Assembly: GCA_010015805.1 (NCBI GenBank)
Contig: ML978122.1
Location: forward strand, 2,700,453 to 2,764,452
Length of the DNA: 64,000 nucleotides
Reading direction: 5' to 3'
From: Rhizodiscina lignyota
Lineage: Eukaryota
Of this stretch, positions 48,567 through 61,700 are shown in pieces. A model generated the notes under the pieces. It had not been told where the DNA came from, ran no database searches, and saw nothing but the letters and a program-made list of their open reading frames with translations. Made by a program: the position numbers and the translations under genes. How positions within the stretch are numbered: position 1 is the first letter of the stretch; every line of letters begins with the position of its first letter.

Positions 48567-50676
48567 CTAGACAGTTGACTCCAGAAAACGTGGCGAATTT
48601 TCGAGGAGTACCTTAACTTTTCCAATCAGTTCTTTGAGTTGCGGATGGCTCGTGACAAGAAACTTTCCCCCCCCGGAACGAATGACAAATTGAGCGATCC
48701 GAACACAAACCGAATGAAGAGATTGCGGGTTTTGGGCTTGGGGCTTGGGTTCGTCGAACATCTTAATTACAATCTCAAGAACCACCTTCATAAATATGGT
48801 CTGCACTAGACCATCCGATAGGGCAAAATTTGATACTTTACTGTGTGAGATTCGATCCGAGTAAAGAAACTCCTTAACTGTGTAGTGGGCCAGTGAAACA
48901 TACTCTGTATCGCCGTTAGGTATCAGGGAAATCAAGCTTCCACATCTATCCTTTAGTGTGTTGCGGTCATAAAAGCCGACATTCCCGTAAAGACTGCCGA
49001 GGCGGAAGAGTACCGCTGGAAGAAGCACATTGGTGGTTATTAGTCTGGAGGGCATCTGTCGGATATTATTGACAGCACAGGTGAATATAAGTGCCAATCG
49101 AACAAATTCGTGATCTTCCTGTGGTAGGAATTGAAAGATCCGTTCGTAAGTTTCATCCAAGGTTTTCGGTAACTTCGATATTGCGATTCGGACATCCTCT
49201 CTGCTTCCGAGTTTCTGAATCACATCTATCTGGCACACTGCCCATCGAAACCTGTATGGAAGTAAGTCAACGAATCCAGATAAGGGCAGGCTCAATATGC
49301 GTGAGTTGAGCCGCACTTTGATTCAGAGAAAAAAGAAAGAAAAAACACTAACATTCCCTTGGCTCCCTCCGCCAACGCATCTTCCACTTCCGTGACCAAG
49401 CTCGGTGGCCAGCTTTGCAACTTTCTGTTTGATGCGAGAGCAGAATGGACATACCGCCGAATGTCATCCGTTACCAACGGATTATTCATAGAAACACGCA
49501 ATGAGATTTCGGAGAAGCACACTTCAATATCATAATACTCTCGACTTGTTGCAAGCAAGCGCACTTTGTCGAACCTGTTGTCAGTCGCCAGATCTCGAAT
49601 AATCTTCAGCAGATCCTGTCGCGACTGGCTCTCATCCACGGCGTCAATTACGACGAAGACAGCTTCAAATTCTTCAAGAATTCCCTCGAGTGCATTCAAT
49701 GATTGCGACATACTCGGCGAATGTTTCAGCTGGAATAGCCGCTCAATCTCGGCCGGAATCAATTTACATTGGCGACAAAGCTGACCGAGTAGCCACTGGA
49801 GAAATGGAGCTGCTTCGTCCTGGTTTCGTGCGAAATTGCAGTAGTAGGATACACATACCACAGGTTTGTGTTTCACGGCTGTGGCATTTTGCTTGGGACA
49901 GATTGCTTGAGCTTGTTCGACCAGGAAGGATGCCAGAATAGTCTTGCCCGCTCCAGGAATTCCGTGAATCCATAAGAATCTAATTTTGCCTGCAAGCCAT
50001 TCTTGCCATTCTGTGGAACGAGTCATCCATAGGCCGGTATGGTCCTCTCGAAGCCTCGAGGCATTATTGTGGTTGACCGATGGGTTGGTAGTCTCGAGCC
50101 AGGTACAAGTTTCATTCAGTTCAGCGGCCGTCAGGGTTTGATTGATCCATCTAAGGTTCTTCTTGATATCCTTGATATCTGACCTGTGATCGCCGTAAGA
50201 CTACTATCAACTTGACAGGGATTTCACACTTACGTCAAGTCAAAAGTCAGTGCAAGTGATATGGAGACTTTGTGGTGGGAAATGATATCGATCAACTTCT
50301 TTGCGGAGTTCTCTTTGAGCGGCCATGCAAGATACTCAGCCGCGGTCAGGATCTTCTGTCTCTTGCCACGTATAGTTCTCCTGTCTGATGGTAACAATTT
50401 CTCCAACTGTGCGAGCGATTTTTGACATTCTGCTATCAGCCCATCATCGCTGGCGAGCTGGCTTAGCACACGAGGCTCGGGGCCTGACTCATTTTTGAGG
50501 AGAAACTCAAGGTTTTCCAGAACGACTTTCAGTGAAGATATTTCGATCAGAACTACTCGGATGTCGCGTGGACAGTCGCGTATCGCTTCGATGTAATACT
50601 TCGTAAGGCCAATGACTCTGTCGGCGAGTTGAACGAGGCTGACGACACTGGCAAGGAAAGCAACAGCTTCGGCCAT
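48567..50676 (-). CDS. NLR-type STAND protein: HeLo-like N-terminus, NACHT, winged helix, no C-terminal repeat array
   Basis: Exons 50676..50234, 50183..49353, 49251..48567 (652 aa). N-terminus MAEAVAFLASVVSLVQLA...LAWPLKE; Walker A GIPGAGKT; Walker B VFVVIDAVDE; GMFRWAVCQ, LPKTLDETYERI, LAHYTVKEFL. Confidence 0.88.
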
Positions 50677-51619
50677 GGTGGGCTACAGGTACTCCTTTGC
50701 AAAGTTCATTGATACCAGCGCGGGATTGAAAGGAGCCTACAATATATATGCCATTCGCTGTATGCTAACGAGGTGATGAAAAGTCGAGAGTGGTTTGTCG
50801 TGGAACGCTCTCCCGTCTGAACGCAACTCCACACAGCCACACCACAGCCACTCTTTGTATTGGTGCCTACTCCGTTCCTGATACCTCGGCTCAAGTACAG
50901 GCAAGGCATACTCATAACCACAGAGTTTATGAGAGACTCGGCTCTTTTCATCATGCATGCACCATTAATGAGAAAATTAAATAGCTTCACTGAACAGAGC
51001 GATTCGCGCGCAATCTGCTGAGATTCGGATTGCCAAAAGTAGAAGTGGAGAATACCACCCAGTTGGATATTATGATAACATTTGGAGCCGAAAAGAAGTC
51101 AATAAATGGCTTTCACAAGCTTCTCTACTTCATAAAACCACACAGAATGAGTACTCTATATCTGCGGCACCCACTCTCCGTTCTTGAAAATTTACCAATG
51201 TAGGAGCCCCTTCCCATGGATCTGTTTTACTCCACCTGCGCCAGCAACTGATTCCACACTACCGTTCACCTCTGTTCAGTCACATCTCAATCGCGCGTCG
51301 GAGAACCTTCAGCTTCTTTGTCTTCTAGTTTTCTCAAACCACACCTTTCGAGACTACAACTAATACGCATCTCGAAGCTCAAATTTCAGTAACTCTTCCA
51401 CATATCCTCTGAGTTCTTCTTAAGGCAGATCAATTATCTCCTGACAAATCCATAACGCACTACATATTTCAACCCTTCCTTTCAGTTTCGACCTCACCAT
51501 AAACTACTGGACCATCACGACCGCCACCAGCCGATATTCGGCCCGACGGTCGCATATTGAATAGTCTTATTGACGCCTTCCTCTCCTCGTTCAGTTCAAC
51601 CACCTCCGAAGTCACGACT

Positions 51620-52694
51620 ATGGACGACTTCTCGAGCATAGAGCGCGATTTACATGCGCTCGCATCGCAAGTCGACATTCTCCATGCGGCGGGTGGAATT
51701 CAGCAAGAAAAGAAACATGTGACGCTTGTGCTCCACGGCCTTCGATTCGCTGACAGCATCTGCATGCCACCTCGAAACACTCCCCTTCTACCGATCCTCA
51801 AGAAGCATGTGAAGGATCTAGTGAAGACGCCGCAGTTTTACTTGAACGGCGACATCGTCACAGGGACTATGACGGCAAATTCACTGGAGGCGAGCGATAA
51901 CGACGTCGTCAATGTCGTCGAGAAGGGGATGTTCAAGGCCGTCATCACGTACAAAGACGGGAGCTATGAGCCTTTGGAATACAGCATAGCCGCTGAGGTG
52001 CGGATGCAGGACGTCTTCGAGGCGTATGCGCGCGTGAAGAAGATCGACTTGGAGGGCGTTCGGTTCAAGTTTGGCAGGAAGATAATATCCCCGGATGACA
52101 CGACAGAAACACTTGTGCTGAAAGACAATGCCCTCGTTCGTGCAATGACCGTAGCAGAGGCGGAGCAGGAAGACCTGGACTTGGAGCTAGGCCTGTCTGG
52201 AACTGTCGCGCCTGAGAAAGTCCGTCGTCGCAAGGAATCAATAAACCGGGTCTCCAAAGAGAGAAACGTCCAAAGATCGGTATCTCGTGGTCGGAAGCGT
52301 ACACGCTCAGTACCAGCATCGCTTCATAGCTCCAAGGGCGATGGGAAGATCCGTATCTTCTTCCGCAGCGACCGTGACAAATTTCCCAGCCGTATGTATC
52401 TCGTCGACCCGACATCGAAGTTGCACCACTACTTCACAGCATACACTCTCAGCGTCAAGCAGGAGGAGTTGTTGTTCTTCAAGCGCATAGCAAATTCGTA
52501 TATCCGGCTTCATGGAAAGCAGACTGCGAATCAGGCAAGTTAACCTTTTCGCACGGCCTTCGGAGCAGAAAAATAACCTTTGGTAGTGGCGTCTGCGCGA
52601 CGGAGACGATGTCTTCGTTTTCGATAATGACGTGCTCCCTTCTATTCAGAGGCGATCCGAGTCTCATGCTACTAGTGTGGTTCTACGTAGATAG
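51620..52694 (+). CDS. Protein with three tandem ubiquitin/SUMO-like (Rad60-SLD type) domains
   Basis: ATG at 51620. Domain ends TANSLEASDNDVVNVV and FKFGRKIISPDDTTETLVLKDNALVRA. The third domain is completed by a GC-AG intron 52535..52586, giving LHGKQTANQWRLRDGDDVFVF. Confidence 0.65.
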
Positions 52695-54896
52695 GGTTTA
52701 CAGGGTACTTTAATGGAGGCTATGGAAACAGTGCCAATGGACGGCACATGTACTGTGAATGATGAAGAACAATATGAAATCAATTGACAATACCGAGATT
52801 GCATTGATCTAGGAAGGTTGGCAAGCTGTTGAAGCTCCAAACCGTACTGTGCCGCCGCTGGAAAGCAGTACGAGATGCTGAAATGAAAGCGGAGAGAAAT
52901 GACACTTTCAACAATAGAGTTGAAGAAACAGAAGGGTATTCACTGAGCCCGACATCGTAGGTTGAGATCCGCTGTGAGGTGCCCGATTCTCGTCAACGAC
53001 TCCAGCAACTTCTTCGTCATCGGCCGGCTCGCTGCGTGCGTGTTGCTCGGCAGGCTCTGCATTTGCCACGCATTGTGCCACGCGTTGTGCCTCTTGGATA
53101 CGCGTCGAGCGTTGAGCCGGCTGCTCAGATAGCCCTGCGACTGATCCATCCTGCACTACCGTAGCCTAACTGCGCCTGGGGTGCCTGACTGGCTTCCACG
53201 TTGTCTGTGGTGCGGTGGCCAGATTAGAATCGAGTGCCTCTGTCCCTTGTGGTGCCCACAGTGGACGCGTGGCGTTTCACTTTGTTCTCACTACAGTAGC
53301 AGAACAACCGGAAGATTCGCCGATGTCAGAACCGAAGATTTAGATCCATTGTGGGAACGAAGGGCGAGGGCAACACCAGAGCTAAACCTAGGTAATTTTT
53401 TTTAGACTTGATCGCGAGAGCATATTTCCTTCCATCCGGGACGGGAAAGGCTGCCGCCGTTCACAGAACCACTAGCTTACATTTTGTAGAATAGAGCCAT
53501 CGACCGTGAAGTCAGGAGTGGTCCATCAAAGACGATTCGCGTAGTTCGACGTGTAGTAGCCACAGCGGAAGTGTCCCGTCTACCGATACCTAGAGCACCG
53601 AACGGAATGTGAATTCTGGTACCCGGTACCGAGCTAGCTCCACGACACTATTAAAACTAGTAGCGGGAACACACGTGTCGAGGCGGAGTCCATCAATGCT
53701 GAAAAGGTTCTCGACGTGGCCGTGGAAAGGCGATAGAAGAGAGGGCGTTTTCAATAATCAAAGCGGACTTGAATAGCGTATGGAAGTGGCAGAAGAAGGC
53801 TCGCGCGGAAAGAAAATGGGCTGCAACAGCGTGTGGAGGCGCAACAGAAGAAGTATCTTCTTCAGGTACGCGCGCGACAATACTAATAGCAGATATCAGG
53901 CCAGCGGGCCGTATCATCGTGTGGTGTCGAACGGCAAGTCCGGGCCTCGAAGCGCTTGGATTTGAATGCAGGTCCCCCTTTTCTAAAGGCGTGGAGGTGA
54001 AGGCTAGGCTTGTCTTGGCATGGGGCGACCCACTGAGGCTTAAAGCTTGTGTCTATCCAAATTCCAGCCATACGCCACAGCGGGCCTCCTCCATCAACTC
54101 GGGGATTTCGTCCGACCTTCGTCGAATTCAACATCGTCTTTTCCTAACCGAAGCGCCAAGCCCCTGAGTCTCGTCATTTAACAGGCGCTTTCACCGTGTT
54201 GAAATGGGCTCCACCGTGCTGGTAGCTTGGTAAAGCTTGTCTTCAGCGCCCGTCAGGGGACCCGCTGCTTATTGCATCTCTGATCTCCATGTGCTCCATG
54301 GATCTGTTCCGTGCTGATTGGCCCTTTATTCGTGTTCTATTCCTGCTTTCAGGGAGGTTCTGCTCAGCCCTGCTCTCACTCTCGCTTCACATGCATTTCA
54401 TCCCGTTTCAATCCCCTGAAATGATAGAGAATCACGAGTCAGTTTCTCACACCCTAGCTAAGTTATCACACGATGAGGTTAGTCACATTTCAAGCGCAAG
54501 CACGCTAAAGATACCTCCGCTCGTGCCGTCGCGTCGTCGCGTGGCCGCCAGGTTCAGCATTGTCCATCTACCGCCTCGACTTGTTCCTTTTCACTTGTCT
54601 GTTCGAGATCCATCTCGTCTCTTTGTGGCTTCAGCTGCGTCGCAAGCTTCTCCACTGACATCGGGAGTCCGGAAGGGCGATGTTTCCGCTTTAAAGCCAG
54701 CATTCGCCCACTCGACCTGCGATGAAGCTCTTTGCGTAGCAATTGCTGTGACGTCTGCTCACCTTGTCCGCTTACTTTACCTGTCATTCGTTACTATGAG
54801 ATAATCGTTGGAATCTCCATATATATTGTTACTCTCTCACCGTCACTCGTTTTACGCTCGTTCATTCCGGACGCCTGTCCGTCAAGATACCCTAAG

Positions 54897-55955
54897 ATGT
54901 CGTACATAATGTATTCATTGTTAATACTCCAAGCCACCCTCGCAACCGCATTCCCTTTCAACATCTTCGGACACGAGAGAACAGAGGCTTTCACTCCCCA
55001 GAAAAGGGCCACCACTAACAAGTATATGTTTGTCTTGTACGTTGTATTACTGATTCTACCTTTGTCTGTCTACTAATACCTACCAGTGGCGATTCATACA
55101 GCTACACTGGCTTCTCCTGGTCCAAAACTCTTCCAAGTGCATCTAATCCAATCGGCAACCCTTCATTCCCATCAACGAGTAACACCGTCGGCGGAAAGAA
55201 CCTCAATTATGTCGAACATCTTACTGCGACGTACAACAAATCCCTCCTACTCACGTACAACATGGCCGCAGAAGGAGCCGATGTAAACAAGACTCTCATC
55301 AATCCCGTTGTCTCTACTACCGACTTTAATCAGCAAACCAGCCTCTGGAACAGCAATGCCGAAAACCACCAGAAGGTTACCGGGTGGACAGCAGCAAACT
55401 CCGTCTACCTTATGTGGTTCGGTATCAACGACGTTTACAGAGGATATAATACAACGCTCGGCCTTTCAGACCCTGACACTCTATACCAAACCGACATGAA
55501 CGATCTATTTCAGCTCGCTATACATATGTATCAGAAGGGCGCCAAGAACTTCGTCTTCCTCACAGTCCCACGTAAGCTCGCACCAGTCCTCTTTCTATTG
55601 TTACGTGCATATCAAGCTAACAGCGACATCAGCGATCTACCGCACCCCACTTGTCATGTCTCTGCAGAACTCCACAAAAGCCACCGAAGACATCTGGAAC
55701 GCCAAGCTTCAGGATTTCGTCTATCGCTTCACAATATCCCACAATGTAGTTACGTCTCTCATCAACACTACGGACGTCTTCAACGAAGTCTTGGACAATC
55801 CCACCCAGTACGGTGCACCCAACAACACATGCTTCAACTCGGATGGCGTGAGCTGTTTATGGTGGGATCATTTCCATCCAGGGAAGGTTATACATCAGAA
55901 GATCGCAGACAAGATCGCCGGTGCGGCAAATCTCACTACGTGGTTTTCTGCATGA
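54897..55955 (+). CDS. Secreted SGNH/GDSL acetylesterase (CE16-like)
   Basis: Exons 54897..55036, 55087..55571, 55633..55955. Signal peptide, KR site, FVFGDSYT, WFGINDV, GAKNFVFLTVPP, WWDHFHP. Confidence 0.88.
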
Positions 55956-56744
55956 GCGGCATAGACAGTTCTGGCGGTACTATTGTGCAGGGCAACATTC
56001 AGCGGGCGTACAAGGTGGAATCAAATTCCAGAATTATCGGAGCATCGGAATAGAGGGCTTGAACGATTAGATGCTTGTAATGAGGCCATTTGCTGTTTGC
56101 AGATTGTCACCGAACACACGTGGTAGCTTCTGTACATAAGATTGATTAGAAGCTCGCAAATACATGTACATACCAAGAAAGGAATAAGAGCAGATAAGCC
56201 GCATGCTTGAGATCTAACTCTGGATACATCCGCGGGAACATTGAAGAAGAGCTGAGAATTCAAACTGTATGCCAGGCATCGCATCTGAGATAAGACTGTA
56301 AAAGAATCCAATAATATTACTTAATTTAGCACCCATACAGTACTGAGGGACATGGAGTCCTTGCTCACTCGGCAATAGAAGCGCCGACCGCGGAAATTAA
56401 ACCGTCCGCCAAAGACGAGCGCGACACATAAGATCCTGTGACACTCGCGACTTGGGGAACTAACGAGCAATGATATCACCATTTGCAAATCAACTCGCAA
56501 TCGCAGCATCTGTGACATGGACTGCATGCGCGAATAACTAGGAACGTTAAGATCCTCCAGTGAACGCAGACAATCTATCTAGGAGCCCCAGCCTATGATG
56601 CGACGACATCATTGGAAGTGTTAGTATCGAGGGAGGTAACGTCATTATCGAATGCATTTCATGTTCTCCTCTGTCTATTAATAATTTTGCTACACTCAAA
56701 CTCTCGTATTTCCAGTCATCTCTACCAGCCCCGGGCGAAGAAAA

Positions 56745-58447
56745 ATGTCTACAGATCCTGTTGGCGCTGAGCCGAGACAATTTCAAGATGATGAGGAGAC
56801 CCTGCGGACAAGAAAAAGTTCTGACGTACAGAAAGGCGACCTGGATGCTGGAGTAGATCAGGACGAAGAAAATCAGCATAGTGCACCAAGGCCAGTAGGA
56901 TTTTGGGATCCGAAGCTCAAGAACGCCAGAAAAGGGGCCTTTTCGAAATGGATCCTCACAAGTACGTCAAGATGAACCTTGTCCAATTTCAAGAATGGTT
57001 AACTGTGCCTCAGCTGTCGTGCTCATGATATTCATTTTGAGTGTACTAAGTATCTGTATGTCTGTTGCTCCCTTGCAAAGCTCGGAGAGAATAATTTGAG
57101 TCAGACTGGGCGGTGTTCTTCCATCTACCGAAAAACATCCAGTCTTTGGTCGTGTACATCGTCGACTTTGATGGCCTTGCACCATACGATACGACTGGAC
57201 ATCCTCCACTCGTAGGACCAGCGATTGTTCAGCTTGCGAACCAGATGCGGCAGCAGACTGGACCTCCGACGAGTACTCTCGGATACGGCGCACTTCCGCC
57301 CTCGCACTTTAATAACGACCCAATCCAGGTCCGTCAGGCGGTCTAAGATTGGGATGCGTGGGCGGCAATCATTATCAATCCCAATGCCACTGCCATGTTG
57401 TATTCCGCAATTGAAAACGCCAATAGCTCGTACGATCCAATGGGTGCATGCCAGCTAGTGTATCAGTATTCTCGAGACGACACAAATTTCTACGACTTCA
57501 TCTTGCCTTCTCTCAGCCAGCTCATGACGCAAGCCACCAGCATGGTGGGAGAGAAATGGGCTCGTACGGTCTTTGCTAATGCCTCGGACCCTGCTGTGGT
57601 GCGCGGTATACAAGCAGCACCGCAAGCAATCAGTCCGGCAATTGGTTTCTCGCAATACAATTTGCGGCCATTCTACCCTTACACTGCCATTCCGGCTGTG
57701 AGCATCGGACTCATCTGTATGTTTCTCTTGACGGTTATTTATGCGTACTAACTACCATTTTAGATTTGATCATCATATCCTTCTTCTCGTTCTCTTTCTA
57801 TTTCCCGATTCACGCCAAGTACATCAAACCGGAAGGCCATCCCCCTCTACATTTCTGGCAATTAATCGTCTGGCGCTGGATCGCCACTATCGTCGCATAC
57901 TTCTTCCACTCGCTCGCCTACTCTTTTATCAGCTTAGCGTTTCAGATCAATTTTGGCAGCAACCCGGTTTCCAGCACCACAGAGCCCACCATCGCCACCG
58001 CCGGCAACCCCGGAGCTTACGGCAACGCGACGTTCTTGGTATATTGGATGCTCAATTTCTGGGGCATGATTGCGCTGGGCCTCGCGTGTGAAAACATGGC
58101 GATGCTTGTTGGCATGCCATGGACTGGGCTATGGTTGATCTTCTGGGTCATCACGAATGTCTCGACAAGCTTCTACGACATCGATATCGAGCCGGGATTC
58201 TACTCTTGGGGCTATGCATTTCCGTTGCATCAAGGTAGGCTCATGATTCACGTTCTCAACGACGTACTGACATATCCCGGCAGTGGTGGAAGGCAGTCGC
58301 CAGATCTTGTTCGATCTGCATTCTCGGATCGGTCTTAATTTTGGTATCCTCATCGCCTGGGGTGCCGTAAACACTGCGCTATTTCCGTTCATGTGTTACT
58401 GGATGCGGTACAAGACAAAACATGGCATGCATGAGTATTGGGCGTAG
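56745..58447 (+). pseudogene. SNG1/DUF3533 (nitrosoguanidine-resistance-like) membrane protein with one in-frame stop
   Basis: Exons 56745..56961, 57014..57055, 57105..57716, 57764..58234, 58284..58447. Motifs YIVDFDG, AVSIGLIYLIIISFF, WLIFWVITNVSTSF, WGYAFPLHQVV. TAA at 57344-57346 interrupts VRQAV*DWDAWAAIII. Confidence 0.7.
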
Positions 58448-58773
58448 CTTGAGCTTGTTAATTCTCCCTTACGCCTGTCATGCTGTATCATACTGTATAT
58501 GCATAATTTGAATTCCATTTTCATTGCCGAGAGTAACTGTAGCGGTCTCATGCCGCTAAATAACATTCATCGCTATCTAACATCCTGGGTATTATTCATG
58601 ATTCACCATAATTCCATAGCGGTCTCATGCCGCAGGGAAAGCGGGATTTGTTGGGTATCATTCGTGATTCTCCTCCGAAACTCCGAAACTCCATAGCGGA
58701 ACAGGGCCGCAGAAACAAAACATGACAGAACAGAAAGACTTCCTTTTGAGCAAACTCCACACTCCGGAAATAT

Positions 58774-61700
58774 CTACATCGGAGTAGAGAAAGCAGTGAG
58801 AAGTTCACCCCAAATGGTGATGACGTGCCACAGGATTCCATAATTGGCGACTATCGACTTAGACATGCGCGATTCGATCATAATCGACGCAAAAAGCATG
58901 AGGAGCGACGATACGACAAGGTAAAGGGCGGTGAGGAAAGGCTTCGGATGCAGTGATGTGGTGAGCGGCGAGGTGTTGGTGACTGAACCGGTCGCGTTAT
59001 CATCTTGGAATGATTCGAGCTGATGGGCGAGTTAGTCGCGAGCGGCTTGTGGGTTATCTTGGAAAACTTACACATTGTAGAGTCCGCTTCTTGAGCATCT
59101 CCTTTCGACGACGGTTCTTCTCGGTCCGCTTTATCGGTGTCGGAATCTCGAACTTGAACTTCGTGTCTTCCGTGTCGACAATAGCGGGGTTGACGATATC
59201 TTCTATCTCCTCGACCTCTTCAATGGTGGTGAGGGTTGAGAATGAAGAAGTGCGTGATGTGGTTGGCGATTCAAATGTCGGCTTCGGAAGGGTAGTCAAG
59301 CCGAAATCGAAACACTGTTCAAAGTCACCGAAGTGTGTCGACTCCGCCTGCCGCTTGAAGCAACTAAGTAAGTTCTCATTTGGCATCCAAGGTTCATCGT
59401 CGTCTGTGTCGTCGTCATAGAGTGCCAGTCGACTAACTCGACCATCTACTGGTGAGTCAACACGAGAGTGATGATCAGAACGTCCTGAGGTTTCAGATGA
59501 CATGATACGGGCTGACACTCGCTCTGGTGCAGGAAGAGCTTCGCCATCGTCTCCAGTAATTATGATCATGTCGTTGTCCTCCTCATCCTCAGAGGAAATG
59601 GGAGAGTCAGAATCATAAGGCACAGCTGCAGCGAGAGCGTGCGGCTTGATAACTGGTGTAAGGCGAATCAATGCTTGATGCGCTGTGTTCTCGTGGAGTT
59701 GCGACTCGGGATCTAGTATCTTGCGCAGCGGAGAGTCCTCTTCATACAGGATCAACTCATGAGTCTTCTGGGGCATCTCATAAATGCCAAGCAGCTCGAG
59801 CTTTTCGCTATGTTCCGCCGGGGCAGGAATAGGAGCATTGCACACATTTGGGCGAGGATCAAGCTCGCGAGAGAGGTGAGTATCCTGTAGTGCCGCCGAA
59901 TCCTCCAGCATCGCCTTTAATTCCTCTGGAGACAGATCAAATATGTTTAGCTCTGTTGCTGAGGTCGTTGTCGAGCCAGAGTCGTTACTGCTATCGAAAG
60001 GTACGAATTCCACCGCATTTGGATCGAGGCCGCAAATATCTGGCTGAGGCATTGATGGGCTAACAGTTGGGACAAGTGCAGAAGATTGTCCAGATGCTGC
60101 AAGAATCAGGGCTTCCAGGTTGTCCTCTGGGTATCCATACGGATTGGACACTGGCTGCAATGCCACCTCGGAGACAGTCTCATAGCACTCTTCCGCGATT
60201 GAAAGTGCAGAAGACTGTCCAGATGCTGCGAGCATTAGAGATGCGAGGTTGTCCTCCGGATAGCCATACGGGTTGGATGCTGGTTGCAAGGCCATGTGGG
60301 AGACGGTCTCGTCGATTTCGTCCGCGGCTGCTTCTTGCTCGATAGCTCCAAAACCATCTGTATCCAGAGTTGAGGTCGGTTCTCCATATGGAGCTCCAGG
60401 AGCGTGGATATCCAGACCTGCGAGAACAGGCGACGAGGATGTCCCAGATGGAAAGCTGTAGAGATTGGCATCTCCGGGAGTAAAATAAACATCCTCATGC
60501 GTGATGTCGTCGACCCTGCCAGTATGAAAGAATACCTTTTCGTCGTACTTGAAAGGGTCGCGGATTCTTATGTCAGTCCATCCGAAGTTCGCCTTGAGCT
60601 CGTCTACCAAACAGGTCGCGCAGTATTCGTAGCCAGGGCAAGGATGGCGGAGACGACAATCGGTTTCGCCCAGTCCATATCTACCGTAAATGTGGCTCTT
60701 GAAGAGGGGTTGCTCGTTGCCTTGAGAATAGCTCCGGCCCATGTAGAGCTTATCGGGTAGCATGTATTTGCTCATATCGGCTGGGGGCTTCTCGGAAATT
60801 GTGACGCGGTCGTCTTCGTGAACTTCAGCGCAGAGGCCTGAGCTACCATTTGGCCCATAGTAGCGAAAGTCCAGGGCAGTCTTCACGGTCAGGTGTTCCG
60901 CTTGTTCCTCCATCTTCATGAGATTGGCAAGGCGACGCCGATCATCCTCTGCGCCTAGCCGAAGCATCTCGTCCTCTTCATCCTCTTCTGAGGGCATTAT
61001 TGAACGAGCCTTCGCTGCCCAATCCGAGTCCTTGCCTGCGAGAATAGTATCTTGGATGCCTGTCTTCGTGGGGCCACCGATGATGTCTTGGATCTGCGCG
61101 TGGCCCAGTTCGTATTGCATTTGTACAGAGTTGACAACTAGTGGCTCCGTGGCAGGCATGGTAGTTGTAGAATTATGAGAAACAGTATTGTTAGACTCTT
61201 GCGGCGAATCGTTGGATGGGGAAGACGGTGGCGAGGTTGCAGAATCGTTGTGCTCGCTGCTGCTCTCATGAGTGTTATCGGGCTCGTTGTTAGACTCCGG
61301 ATTCCCTTTTGACGCATTGTACTCAAAAAGTGTGTGGCGCACATCTGGAGAGCGCATGACAGGGACCGTGCCGACAATCGGAGGCCGAACACCCCAGTCG
61401 GCGGGCTTGGGAACTTCATCGAGACCAAGTCGCTGGCTCAACAGATATTCATCCAGATCAGCCTTGCCATCCTCTTCAAAATACGATAGCTCGTCATCAA
61501 AGAAGGAATTGCCTTTAGGAATGATCATTTTTGCGCAGTCGTCGAGCAACAACTGCGCAGAGCCAATGCCAAAGCGTTCGCGAAATCGATCGTGCGTATT
61601 GATAATGTTGCCGAAGGTTTCCCGGGGCGTGAACTCGGAGCCGGCAAAACGTTCAACAGGCGGAAGCGCGTCGTTTGTGACTTCACCATCATTGAGGAGG

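Noticed and set aside
52700..54890. Telomerase RNA candidate based on gap size
   Set aside because: Only CCTAACC (7 nt) seen; no TAACCCTAA-type template on either strand.
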